Assembly (NCBI GenBank): GCA_024704765.1
Contig: JAKMXF010000344.1
Span: 2,004-66,003 of the forward strand
Reading direction: 5' to 3'
Length of the DNA: 64,000 bases
Source: Oopsacas minuta
Taxonomy: Eukaryota > Animalia > Porifera
Part shown: positions 1 to 12,379 of the stretch, one piece after another
Layout: the number at the start of each line of letters is the position of its first letter
Position numbering within the stretch: the stretch's first letter is position 1
Notes under the pieces: model-generated
What the model saw: only the letters and a program-made list of their open reading frames with translations
What the model was told of the DNA's origin: nothing
Database searches by the model: none
Program-made: the position numbers and the translations under genes

Positions 1-208
1 TATTCTTTGATAACTTATAAAACTTTAAATATTCTATCTTTTATTTCCAAATATTTAGCAAATGATCCTTAAATGCTCTTGTATACAATGACAAGATTTT
101 CATACCATAGTTAGCTCGTTCTTGAGTTACTCACAGGTGTATATTAGAGACCATGGATGAAAACTTTTATGAATATCGATTATACCTCGATAAAGTTATA
201 GTTAAATT

Positions 209-412
209 AGTATAGCCAATTTATACTATTTTCTCGACTTCCCATACTCTTATAATACATTTTGGATAGGTCCACTTTCTCCGATGTTACATAATCCTGA
301 ATATACCCATATATGGTATTTGGAAGATTACGCAATAAGCTTCAGTGATATCTTATCAAGATCTGTACTAAGTGTAGGGGAAATCTTTTATATACTATAA
401 ATTGGCTATACT
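209..412. repeat. MITE-like segment bounded by a perfect 17-bp inverted repeat
   Basis: agtatagccaatttata (209-225) is the exact reverse complement of tataaattggctatact (396-412). The core attggctatact recurs near 24330. No TSD was identified. Confidence 0.5.
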
Positions 413-1481
413 GATTCAACAGTATCACTTACTATTTTCATCGAGTTATAATTGGATATTCAGAAAAATCTGTCATCCATGGTCTCTATTCTAACTCTAG
501 AATATCCTAACTTTTGTATTACAAATATTTGAAATTTTTGATTTGTATCCCCGAATCATTTCATATATTCTCTTGGAAATGAATGATCCAGTATTTGATT
601 TTGTATTTGCCATCCAAGAATTTCACACTTTCCGAATATATGTTTACTCCTTTACAACTGTTAGACAGCTTGCCAATTCGATTTCATCACTGATATCAAA
701 TCACCTAATTCGACGATCACATGCGCTGGCCTATACGAGTATTCTGCATTGTATGTGTCAGGTTATGCTTAATTTTGAATAACTCAATTCAGTCTTTATT
801 TTAATTTATTCCTATCACAATTATGCAATTTCTCTAAGTATATAATTTTTCTTTTGTAGTTCTACATCCCTTCTATGCAGGACTATGAAGTCCCTCAAAT
901 GCTTCTTTCAAAAATTGACAATCTTGATAGGATCAAAACCTCAGGTATACACAATCATTTACTTTTTTTATCAGTATGTTGCTTTGAACATAAGCCTTTT
1001 TAGTGATGCAAACTATGCAATTTTGATATTAGGATAACTACAAATATTATTAAATTTTCACAATTGTTTTATGTAAACAGGCAATATATTTTGGCAAAAT
1101 AATATACTAATGACAGATTGCATTTTAGTTTGATATTTCACGTTCTCTAAATTGTATGAAATCGTGCTCTGTCTGCTTTTTCTGTTTAATTTTAAGATCA
1201 TTATAGAATATTCCTGAGTTACTTTAAGAAACTTTGATTAATGAACATTGTCAATACAGTAAAACTAATGTGATCAAGACATCTCAAGGATGCCTTTAGT
1301 TTAGAATTTGCCCGACCTCTGACATTCCATTCCAATTTGTATATGTTATACACTGTCGTGATACATTTCAATTTTTCACGATTCTTACTAATCACTGTTT
1401 ATCGTTACTAAGAATCATGCATACATGAAATACAACTGAAGACAACCCTTTTTAAACGGAAATTTGCTGAAATATTGATTA

Positions 1482-1942
1482 CAGTCAAGTCCGTTTAATT
1501 GATATATACCTGTTAGCGGGAAAACCACTTAATTGCAGAAGTCTCCATGAACGGAATAAATTTTCATCAATGTTAAAATAAAATTTTCTGTCAATCGGGA
1601 CAAACTCCGATAATCGAGTGAAAAATTTGTCACTCAATCAAGAGAAAATTCCTCTTAAACTCCTCTTGAACTCCACAAATTCGATAATTGGACACAATTC
1701 CCCTTGAATTGATAATTTTTTTTCATATACAAGTGCTTTTTCTCAACATTGTTTCAGGGATGAACCCAAACGATCTTCAGAATTCAAATTCGCACTTTGA
1801 GTCGAGATGGCTCCACCATACTATAGATAATTTGCTTTACGGGATCTTCACTAAAGATTGGGGATAATCTGCTATATATCATAATTTTTCGAAAGTTTTC
1901 CAGTTAATTGGACTCAGCTTAATCGAGAAAAATGGTTTACTG
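1482..1942. mobile_element. possible pogo/Tigger-type MITE
   Basis: Ends read TA|CAGTCAA ... TTTACTG|TA. Internal ttaattg/gataatcg repeats are present. The TIR match is short and there is no coding remnant. Confidence 0.35.
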
Positions 1943-2138
1943 TATCTTCAAAACATTTTGGGTAAATGGTACCCTGATCTGGGAGTTCCGAATTTGGTTT
2001 TATCACTATCAACTTATACTTACCCACAAGTTTTAAACACCTGAATTTATCTTTACAAAATAATTTACATACGAAAATTCACTAAATACATACAGTACGT
2101 ATATTTTTTGCAATACCAGTTTAGCATATTTTATCTCC

Positions 2139-2815
2139 ATGGAAACATTAGGCAAGCTCGAATACGGATCATAATATACTACAATTTCAAGCGTGAGTTA
2201 TCAACAGAAGTATGTATTTTTGAAATGTAGAGGTATTTGGTGGTGATGTAGTCTCATTACGCATTATACAAAGGTGGTATCGCGAATTCAACGCAATTTT
2301 CTTCATTCCAAGGTTTGATAAAGGTTGTGAAATTTGAAAGGGGTGCTACGGTTACTTCAAAATGGTATGCCGATGTTTGTTTACAAGCAATCTTCGATTA
2401 TATCAAGTATCATCGACCGAAAACTGGCTAATGATGCATTAAATTGCACCATATAGTGCACCTGCACATAGGGCAGCACATACAATGGATTATATTCAAG
2501 CAAATGGAGTATCTACCCTGCCGCACCCACCATATTCTTCTGATTTTGCCCAATATGACTTCTGGCTCTTCCCAAAACTTAAGGAAAAACTCAATGGTAG
2601 ATGCTTTTCTACCGAAGAAGAGTTGGAGTCGGCGGTCTTTGATACGCTTGTAAGTACCCCATCGAAAATTTGGTACCAATCTTTCGAAGATTGGTTGTTG
2701 CGTCTGCAAAGCTGCATAGCTGTTCATGGCAAATATTTGAGAGAAATCAAGCACTATATTAATTATATTCAATGTATTTACTATCTAACGACAAAACTTT
2801 CCTAGTGCCCCCTAG
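2139..2815 (+). mobile_element. mariner (DD34D-type) transposon relic, internally deleted
   Basis: The N-terminal HTH remnant (IIYYNFKRELS...VFGGDVVSLRIIQRWYREF) is joined directly to the C-terminal catalytic part. ORF 2485-2805 contains HPPYSSDFAQYDFWLFPKLK, matching the mariner YSPDLAPxDFxLFPKLK motif. The right end reads caaaactttcctagtgccccctag|TA. No left TIR was found. Confidence 0.85.
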
Positions 2816-2859
2816 TATGTATAAACAGGTTGCCGAGACATGAATTGATACTGTTGAGT

Positions 2860-3740
2860 GTAGAATTGGTGGAATCTAGTGTTACAGATTTGTGCAATCT
2901 GGTGGAATCTGCTAGAATTTAACTGAATGTTGGGATCAGGTGGAATCTGTTGGAATCTGTTCCAAACTGATGGCATCTGACTGAATTCTGGAATCTGTTG
3001 GAAGTTGATTGAATCGTGAAATCTGGTAGAATTTGACTAAATGGTAGAATCTGGAGGAATCTGACTGAATATTTACAATGTGGTATTTTAAGGTCGATTC
3101 AACCAGAGTCGTAGCCCGCTTGGTGTACGCGGTCCCAGGAATTTGCACACCAGGTTCAAGGTCTGTGCCAAGATTTCAAATCCGGGCATGATTATGTTAT
3201 ATATTGGGTAGTGGTTGTCCCAGGATATAGTCGGGTCGGGGCCAGTAATTTCAAATAGGAGCTAATTCCATGTCCCCTCCACCCTGGGACCGCCAATGCA
3301 TAACGAGCATATTCCGCACCTATAATTTACATAGAAATGTATGTATTACGGAAGCGGCATTTCACTAGGGTTGCCAGGCGTCCATTTTCCAGCAATTCTT
3401 CAGTGTCCGGGAGAATATCCTAGTTTCGTGGAATATTCGATGATCAGTGCTTCATATTTATTATTTTACATTTCTTTTTCTGAGTTTATCCTGGCCACGG
3501 TTTTGCCATATCATCAGACCATAATGGGCTGTGGAGCCTATTATTTAATAAGATTGTAGCCGGATTTTGCACCGGGTATGCAAATTCCTGAGACCACCCC
3601 TCTCCTTGTGCAGCACCCCAAGCTACGCTTCTGGTTGAATCGAAAATTGGATCATTTGTTTCAACGTTGTAAAATTTAATATTCAGTTTTGTTCCATTAG
3701 ATTCCACTATTCTGTCATCCTAGATTCCACCATACAGTCA
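2860..3740. repeat. imperfect long inverted repeat (foldback) with GGAATCT sub-repeats
   Basis: 3094-3115 vs reverse complement of 3622-3643 matches 20/22. A second block, ggtcccaggaatttgcacaccaggttcaa vs ggtctcaggaatttgcatacccggtgcaa, matches 25/29. GGAATCT-like units are repeated at 2870-3062 and appear inverted (agattcc) at about 3699 and 3723. Confidence 0.7.
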
Positions 3741-4004
3741 ATCCCATATTTGTGCAATTATCAGAATGTATAGTTACTGGACAATTCGAAGTGATAATTT
3801 TCTAATCAACTTAATATACATATCGGTGGGTTGGTTGTTAGAAAGAACCTACTTTTATTCGTTCATAATGGTATATAATAGCGTTGTGAAATTTATCATA
3901 CTTCTTGTGTATAGTTATATGTGTGAATATTGTGAAACGCTCCCCTACCTTTATACTTAATCGATGTTGAGGCTTAATTAGTAGTATAACATGTGAAAAT
4001 GAGG

Positions 4005-7000
4005 TACAGTGGAACACCCCCTGGAAATTGATCAAAATTTCAATCCGATATTTAGTACCATTTAAAGTTCATTGGAAAGAGAAATATCCAATTAATTGGA
4101 ATGTCTAAAATTGTTATGATCAATCATTTAGTTTGGAACAACTGGAATTTATAAAAGCATTACAATTCCTTGCTCAGAAATTATTCTTGAAAACCACAGA
4201 TATTCATTTATATTAATGAACTTAAATTCCAGTATCTAAGCAACTAATACATTCCAAAGACTTCATTCTATTGCATTTTTGACTACTCTCTCATTATAGT
4301 GATTATATAAACGGAGTTCAAATAATGAATCCTTAAAATAGCTCAAATATTTTGATAAATTTTTCTGTTGGATTTCTGTCGTCACTCAACTTCGAAGTCT
4401 CATAACTTCATCTGTCGCGTTCTGTCAAGTTGTCTCATGAGTTTTATAAGACAGCATTTTTAATTCTCTATAAAATACAACAATTTCCAGGTTCCCGAAA
4501 ATTCGCGCAAATATAGTTTCAATCACATGAACTTTTGAATTTATCTGATATTTTTAAAAATTCTCTTTCACAATTTATATAAATATTATGGTTGCTTAGT
4601 GATATAATCAAAACGTGAAGTTATTTACATTTTTATGCTTGTGTTTACAAAATTCAGCTTGTAATTAATATAAATAAATGTTCCCATCACGTATTTTTAC
4701 AAAGATTCCATTAAAAAATCAACACTCTTCTACTGTGAGAAAACGTTTCGTCAAAAGTTCCTTAATTCTTAGATTTCAGAATGTATTTTATAAGCTTATA
4801 AAACAAACATGCATATATTTATATAATCTTACTTTTTGCCCCGTATTTACAAGATTGTTAATATATAATATACTAATTATCTAGAAAATGAACAACCTTC
4901 AAGCTTTTCTGTTTTCTTGTGAGCATAAATTACCTAGCACTCGTTCAATCGCAGACCAATTTATTTCAACTCTTGGTTTTTATAGAGATCAGCAAAATTT
5001 TCTTTCGTCTGAAGTTCAATGATATTCAAAAAGAAGGAGCCTCTTTTCATAAATATTCGGACCTTGATGCTTGGAATTCCATGTGCTTCTGTCCTCTGCC
5101 AAAGAAGCCTAGGTTAAGTGCCTCTTCTTCATTAATCATTAACTTTGAAGAAGACTTAATCTTTCAAAAAAGAAATCGCTCGCTGACTTCACGACCAAAG
5201 GTTTAAGAAATCGGCTCTCTTCTCTTAAGTCTCACCTCGAATCAGTCGCGGAAAACGAGCATGTATCTCCAAAGACTCTTGCAACTTATCTCTTACTACT
5301 TTGTTGCACTGAAGAGCAGGACATGAATAGTGCCAATGTTTGTAAGGAGATACTCGAGAAGGGAAACTCATCTCCTATCTATCCACAATTATCACTTGAT
5401 AAACCTGCCTTTCTTTTCGATTCGCTTGAGATCGGTGAAACAAAGTATTAAGAACTTCAGCGTACGTTACTATCTGAAGATCTCAAGTTACCAGGCTACG
5501 ATAGCGTAGTTAAACATCGCGCTCAAATTAATTTTCTGGATGAGGTGCGTATAATTCATAGAGAATTTCCATGTGGAGTAGGTATTTCTTACACCAGACT
5601 ACTCACCCATGCAGTTGAACGAATTGTATCTAACTTAGTCCTGATACTCTTGTCTATCCGTCGAAAGTTCGAGTATCCGATGGCTTAGATAGACCTGGGC
5701 GTCATCGAGTTTACCAGCAAGCTATATCTAACCCTGACCTCTCGACTCCGACCTTCATTTTATTCGCTTTCAAGGTTAACGCAATCTTAAATGCAAATGA
5801 TCATATCCTTTGGAAACCTCATCATCCAAATTCGCCATTTTGCACTCGACCAGTTGCCCTCTTAGCCCTTCCAGAAAATGAAGAGAGTGTCAAGTTTTTG
5901 ATGGACTCATTTATAAATAACGAAACTTCAACTATTGAAGAGAGTGGTTTGTGTCTACACAATGGGAATGCAGAGGGCAAGATCATAAGATCTTATTTCA
6001 ATACAAAGATGGCAAAAATCTTAATCGGTGCTAGTGGTGCTAATTGTCAAATGGGTACTGCAACGTTCCAACAGATACATGATATTAGCATAGTTCAAAA
6101 TGGCTTTCTCATAAATAGGACTATCCATGATGCACGTGATGTATTTGATGAGGTTGATGAAGAAGAATTTTTATCTTTGCAACCAATCAAAGATTCAATT
6201 TAACACACAAACCGATCTCAGAAAATGATATCATATCAGCTTCCCCTCTACATGCATATTTGAGAACATTTAGTTGGTTCCAATTATTGATTTGCCATTT
6301 ACAGTGTGGTGCTATTCAAAAATGGTCACCAACTTCACGAATAATTCTTGGGGCCAAGAAATTTATTACTAGCTTTATTAAAGAAAACTTAGTATATCCA
6401 TTGACACACTATCAGTCCAATCAGGAACTACCACAACCGGAAATGTTGTTCGGAGATGCTTCGCACGTAGCGATGATACTGTGCAAGATTTTCTCTATTG
6501 GGTATTGACGGCTGTTCCTCAAGAGACACATCAAGTTGTCACTACAATCTTTAATAATTTGAGTGTTATCCTGAGATTGTATAATAGCAACAGGAAAGTA
6601 GATACTGAAGGCCTTGATAATGTATGCCGAGAGACTTACGAATCCATTCTAACCAATTTTTCATGGGCACATACAAACCGTACTTTACATAAACTTCTAG
6701 CCCATGCACCACAAATAATTGCAGATCATAACGATGGGTTTGGCTTAGAAGATTTGTCTGAATAAGGCCTTGAAACTTGTAATAAATTGGTCAAGCGATA
6801 CCGTGAGAGACTCTCAAGAAAATTTAGCTTTGAGGACAACGTTAAAGATGTGTTCGTCAGGCTTATCTCTCAAAGTGATCCAATTTTAGCATCCTTTCGT
6901 AATATTACCAAAAACGATTCGGAGCCAGATCTATCTGTGTTAAAGAGCTGTCAGGATATTTTGGTGAATTCTCTAATTATAAATACGTTATAGTTTGTAG

Positions 7001-7331
7001 TTCAATGAACGGTAAGTCATTTTAACAAGAAACGTGGTTTCATAAGTTTATAAAAATGTACATTAAATAGTGATAATAGTATCAAAACATAAAACATTCA
7101 ATTTCTGAACCTATAGCTCACAATTTGGCTTAATTAAAATCGATAAAAAAATCAAAATATTTTTGAATTTGACAATAACGTCATTACTTTCACACCCAAA
7201 GACTTAGAAAATATCTAGTTACGTCAATCGATTCCTTGGGTACGATTCCCCATAGGTCAATAATATAGTCTAATCCGTTATCTAGTGCCCTAATACCTAC
7301 TTCCAGGTTTTAGCCATTTCGTGCCACTGTG
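4005..7331 (+). mobile_element. Transib-superfamily transposon (RAG1-related), both ends and TSD present
   Basis: Left end TACAGTGG is at 4005 and right end CCACTGTG ends at 7331 (reverse complement CACAGTGG). An identical 5-bp flank TGAGG lies at 4000-4004 and 7332-7336. The element encloses a RAG1-core-like reading frame. CAC-type termini and a 5-bp TSD are established Transib features. Confidence 0.9.
4888..6993 (+). pseudogene. Transib/RAG1-core-like DDE transposase pseudogene (stops and frameshifts)
   Basis: Motifs are collinear with the RAG1 core across frames: RNRLSSLKSHLE; VSDGLD (D600 equivalent, 5679); PNSPFCTRPVALL; RSYFNTKM (D708 position, here N); GANCQMGTA (Zn Cys pair, second lost); TTTTGNVVRRCF; TLHKLLAHAPQII (His pair); LSE*GLETCNKLVKRYR (E962 region); SRKFSFEDNVKDVF. 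Confidence 0.9.
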
Positions 7332-7376
7332 TGAGGGTTATTTAACTGTCATACAACACTACTCATACACTCAATT

Positions 7377-8330
7377 ACTTGGGTCATTTCAAAAGTACTG
7401 ATTACTAAGTATAATTGATACTTATATTTATCTAAATGCACAAATTTGAACTTACTCCATGCAGTATCGAAATTATCATGAATACTTTTCAAGTTATTGT
7501 CTTTTCAATCTTGTTTTCAAGTTTCATTCCTTGTTGAAAGACTCGAATAGAAACATTCACAACGATCTCTTGGATGTTTGTGGGATCATCCTTGCCTATT
7601 CCACCGTCAGAAGGTGAGCTCAACTGTTTAGAGAGGGGAGAGAAACCATTGAAGATGAGCCTCGGATAGGTTTCCTATATCTGCTACAAGTGAAGTCTCA
7701 GTCGATTTAGTTCGTGAATTTCTTATCAACGATCCCTGCTGCTCTATTGAAGAGATTAGTATGTATAATGATGTCACAACGGGAAGTATTTATCGTATAC
7801 TGAATGAGACCTCAGAGTTAGGAAGGTCTGTGCTCGATGGGTACTGTCCGGTGGCTCAGTCTTTCGTCCCGAAGGGCAGTATGTTACTGGACACTTTTAC
7901 TGTATTCAAGTACTCACAGAAGTTCAAAGGTACTACTTAGAGTGTCGACCGAGAATTGGTCCATGTGGAATCAAGCTTTTGCATGAGAATGCAAGAAGCC
8001 ACAAGACTAAGCAGTTTGAGGAATTCATAAGCGAGATGAGATGCAAACTCTTGATTACCCTTCCTATTCCTCTGTCCTAAGTCCTTGTGACTTTGGGATG
8101 TTTTCAAACCTGAAAATTAATCTGTCTGGCTAAGAGTTTATAAGTAATATGTGAATCGATTCGCGATCCATTTGTACCTGAAGTCTATTCCACAAACAGA
8201 GTACAAAAACCATTCACTGCTGGATACACTTATTAAAAGAGTGTCAAGGGGACTATTTCGAAAATATATAGTTTATTAATATGTTAGTCATTGTGTACAA
8301 TCATATTGGACTAAAAGCTTGAGTCTCCAT
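7377..8330 (+). mobile_element. mariner transposon relic
   Basis: Translated remnants are YSTVRR*AQLFREGRETIEDEPR (HTH/linker), PSYSSVLSPCDFGMFSNLK (YSPDL motif) and C-terminal QGDYFEKI* (about 8245-8271). Boundaries are approximate. Confidence 0.8.
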
Positions 8331-8730
8331 GATCTAATTTACAAAAAACGTGCAATACTAAGTTCATGAAGGGGTTAAGCGCCAAGATTTCAGGTGTTCT
8401 TAAAATATTGGTATTGTACAATTTTTAAATGATTCTGGGAGAGTCCTATCTTTGGATCTATCAATTTAAATAGAATGCTCGCTTATTATTTGCTATACAT
8501 TATGGCATGTACTAATCTAGAATTTTGAAATATCACTGATAGATATGATGAGATAAATTCGTTGAACAGATTTTCAATTGGTTACACCATTCAGATAGCA
8601 AACAACTCGATATGACAAAAACCTAAAGTATAAGATTAAACATAGACTACTTATCATGCCGATAGGAAACTATCCGAGAAACGAATAAAACAAGAGGCCA
8701 TTTATATAAATCTCATAAAAGTTAAATTAA

Positions 8731-9341
8731 CCCTTCAAAATTTGTTAATTGAACTTTTAGGGTTAGAAAATGTGAAGAATCAATTAAGACTACCTAAAAA
8801 GTTCAAACGACCGCCGCCATCCTTCATCTCGTTTACGCGCATTCAAATCATGACATCAAAATTCACGCAAATGCTCTTCAAAATGAAATTTTACTTTTTA
8901 AAATTCTTGTATTTCGATGAATTAATGTCCTCTATTTATTCATATAGTATATATAATTACCACGTTTTCTTTAGAACAGAATTTGGATCAGATCTTCATA
9001 TCATATTTTTGGAAATTCATGAATCTATTTTTGATAAATATATTGTTCTCATGTCCATGGTATAATTAAGAAATTTTTCTTCTAATAATATCTTTAAAAA
9101 GTGTGTTTAACTTGAGTGTGAAGTACATGTACGAATTCAAACAATTTTGGCATAAACTTAAATTCAATACATATTTTACAAAAATATTTGAGAAAAATAG
9201 TCAAATTATATAAATGCTAACGTCATCGCATAAATGGCGCCTAAACGAGATGAAGGATAGCCGTTTGAACTTTTTAGGTAGTTTTAACTGATTCCTTACA
9301 TTTTCTAACCCTAAAAAGTTCAACTCACAAGTTTTGAAGGG
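8731..9341. mobile_element. piggyBac-type MITE with ~100-bp TIRs and TTAA TSD
   Basis: Ends read TTAA|CCCTTCAAAA ... TTTTGAAGGG|TTAA (TSD 8727-8730 and 9342-9345). The arms align over about 100 bp with few mismatches. The core is AT-rich and non-coding. Confidence 0.85.
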
Positions 9342-12219
9342 TTAACTTAAATTTTTGAGATTTCTATAAATGGCTTCTCTTTTATTCGTTGCTCGGCTAC
9401 TTTCTTTTGCGAATAATATAGTAGTCTATGGAGCAAAATAATCGGTTACTACATGGAGATTTAGAATACACAATTTATGTTTGACTTGACTATAAAATAT
9501 ACAATGTGATAAATACCAGATTTTTCTATATGGGGATTCACTGATAAACTTCGCAAATATCCTCTCCAAACCATTTATTCAACCCTTGTTTGTAAACCTT
9601 GAACCTTGTCCGAAGTATATTTTGCCATTAAGTACATTTTCTCAGCTCCACTAGGTCGGAACATGTCAATTACTCCACTTATCCTCTGAAAGCTTTCTAC
9701 CTTGAAATAATGAGACCATTATGTACTCTTATACTCTTGTTTGACGATGTCACTGTTTGTCTACATTGAAACGTTCACAAACGTATCTGTAGAAAGGGGG
9801 AAACAGGGCGGCATTTCCGTTGTCCCTCTCTAAACATTTGTGTAAATGTCTATCTAAACTGTATAATAGTGTGTTATATGTTAACTTGTTGATATTCCTT
9901 CTAGATCTTAAGCATAATTCTCAAAATGGTACTTTGAATGGAATGCTGGACGATTGTCTCCATGTCTACCTATTAGAGTTACTTTATCACTTTTGTTCAC
10001 TTGATTCAGAAACATTTCTAGATTTTCATAATTCTATTTATAGACATGCTATTACAAATGGGAAAATTTCATTACTGCATAATACAAGACACTTTGCTAG
10101 ACTTGTTTGGTGGATCCTCATTGGCCAGATGAAGGACATCGAAGGTTTATCTTCTCTCCTTACTTGGTGTGATGATTCTAATCAGTATTCAACCGCTAAA
10201 TATATTACAGAACTGAATTTGATGTTATCAGATTATAGTGAGACAATTGGAATGAAATATTAAGTATTTCAATAGATATGTGTTCTATTATCTATAGCAG
10301 GCATGGAATCTATGCTTTTATCAGCACTTCATGTTATTACCACATTATCGAGATTCACTAACAAAACTCGATATTTGTTACCTAAAACAATGTGAATTTA
10401 AGATCCAAAGAATTTCAATATTTAAGATGCTCCAATTATTTGCATTGTCTTCTAGACTGTATCAGCAGAAACTGATAACCTTTTTCAAATACAAATCAGT
10501 CTCTTGCAGATTTTCCTTAAATATACCGAAATATTCTCTGGGTGCGCCAGAATTTATTTTTATCAATCTGCTGAAATTTACAGAAATATTGTGGATAGCA
10601 TACATTGAATTTGAAATACCCAGATAATTACCATCTTTTCCATGGCATCTTACCAAATTTCCCCATTAGAATACAGAATTTATATAAATGCTTTGTTTTC
10701 AAGAAAGTCTTTATTTCATTTTTTCATTTTTTCTCATTGTGTCGTTTCTGCTGATATTGCTTAAAACAATGGCAATCTCCTTTTCTCATTCTTATTAATA
10801 CAAATATATTTAAAACTGTTTCTAATTATCTTTGTAACTAATGTGGCATGCATATTTGAGCCATGTGTCAATTCTAGTAAGGTCTTCCAATACCTTTTGT
10901 CATAGCGTAGTTCGTCTATTTTTCGTCCTGCCTCTAATCTTCATGAGATTCTCTGAATCTCGGAAATTATTCAGCAAATATCACTTAAGTATATAATAAG
11001 TTTTGTTAGTGAATAAGGCTCGTTATTCTGATCTCTAAGCCTACACCTTAGCAATTAGACTCAATATTGGTTAATTACCTGTATTATATTATATTATATT
11101 TTGTATAATTCATTGGCATTATGTATTCGATCTTAGATATCTTAGAAATTTGAATTTATTTTAGGTATGATGTGATCCAATATAATGAATATTACTGTTT
11201 TTACGAATAATTACATCAAGGTTATCCATTTTGTGATATATATTTGTCTTTGGCATAGTCACTATTTATTGAATCATACTTTCATCCCAACTCTTTCCAA
11301 ATTCTGTAATTGGTAGAATCTTTATAATAAGTTACAAAGATTTTAAAGCTGATAGAATGAGGTATACAAGGATTGGTAATATTCTAGAGCGATTGCTACA
11401 TGATAAAGTAGTATATAAGCATGCCGAATTTACTAGGCCGCTCTCGGTCCAATTTAGATGAAATAGGGTTTTGATATTTTTATTTGCTACCTGAGGGTAT
11501 ATAATATCACTTTGACACAATGATGTGTCAACCACCATTATCATGATCAGTGTGACTTGAATTCATTCATTATTTCATTAACACACATAATTAAATTCTA
11601 AATAGATTATCTCCTCGCACCGAATTTCACATACTATTACCCGTCGGCAAAACTTTGGAATTGGAATTTCGGAGGATTCAAAAGTATTCACAATGATATT
11701 TGTTTTGATGATGACTTTGGTGCCATGTGGTCCAATACATTTGTCCAGTTAGTGTAGTATTGGATTTGATTTGAATTGTCGCGTAGAATTTTGTATTCAT
11801 TGGATAATTTGGGACATATCGATTATATAATTTGTCGAAGTTTTTTTGCTTTTTTGTCCTAAATTGATTGAGTTATGGTGGCAGCTCAAACTAGAGATTT
11901 GGTATGTGATAAATCTAGGTACAAGTGTATAAATACAGCGAAAACTAAATATTTTGAGTAAATATTCCACATATATTAAATTTAATGTTATTGAATACAC
12001 AAGTAAGCATGGCAAATATATTTCAACTAGTAAAGCGTTCAAAATTTCGAAAAATAGCTGAAAGCAAACATATAATGCAGGCAAATATTGGCCACTTAAA
12101 TTCAACCTAACTTTATAATGTAGAATGATTGATTAATGTGGTCTCTGGAATCTCTACTTTGAGTCTTTTAAATGTTTTATGTGTACTGGGTATACTCTAT
12201 ATCTATACTATGTATAATA

Positions 12220-12379
12220 GGGGCTGTCCAAATGTGTCCCAACGCTACAAGGGGAGGGTGTGTTATGAGAAGTGTGACAGCTCCATTCTTCTTGTATTAT
12301 AACACGGTCTAAAAGCTTGACACAGGGATGGGGTGTCAAAACTCATGAAATTTACGTTACCTATCGATTGAACGGCCCC
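12220..12379. mobile_element. short MITE with GGGG...CCCC termini (same family as 37903-38053)
   Basis: Termini are ggggctgtcca and tgaacggcccc. The internal aacgcta...gggagg...aagtgtgaca is shared with the copy at 37903. The superfamily is uncertain. Confidence 0.6.

Noticed and set aside
2860-3070. CRISPR-like array from the GGAATCTG repeats
   Set aside because: The units are short, degenerate and irregularly spaced. There are no cas genes and the context is eukaryotic.
6994-8330. RAG2-like gene next to the RAG1-like ORF (ProtoRAG arrangement)
   Set aside because: Only about 340 bp lie between the ORF and the right TIR. The sequence beyond the TSD is a mariner relic.
8742-9065. 107-aa ORF
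   Set aside because: It starts at TTG inside a MITE TIR and has no recognisable motif. It is likely a chance frame.
11330-11820. Chaperonin-like (BBS10/MKKS) N-terminus, CIGPHGTKVI
   Set aside because: It is one short motif flanked by stops, with no further alignable blocks.
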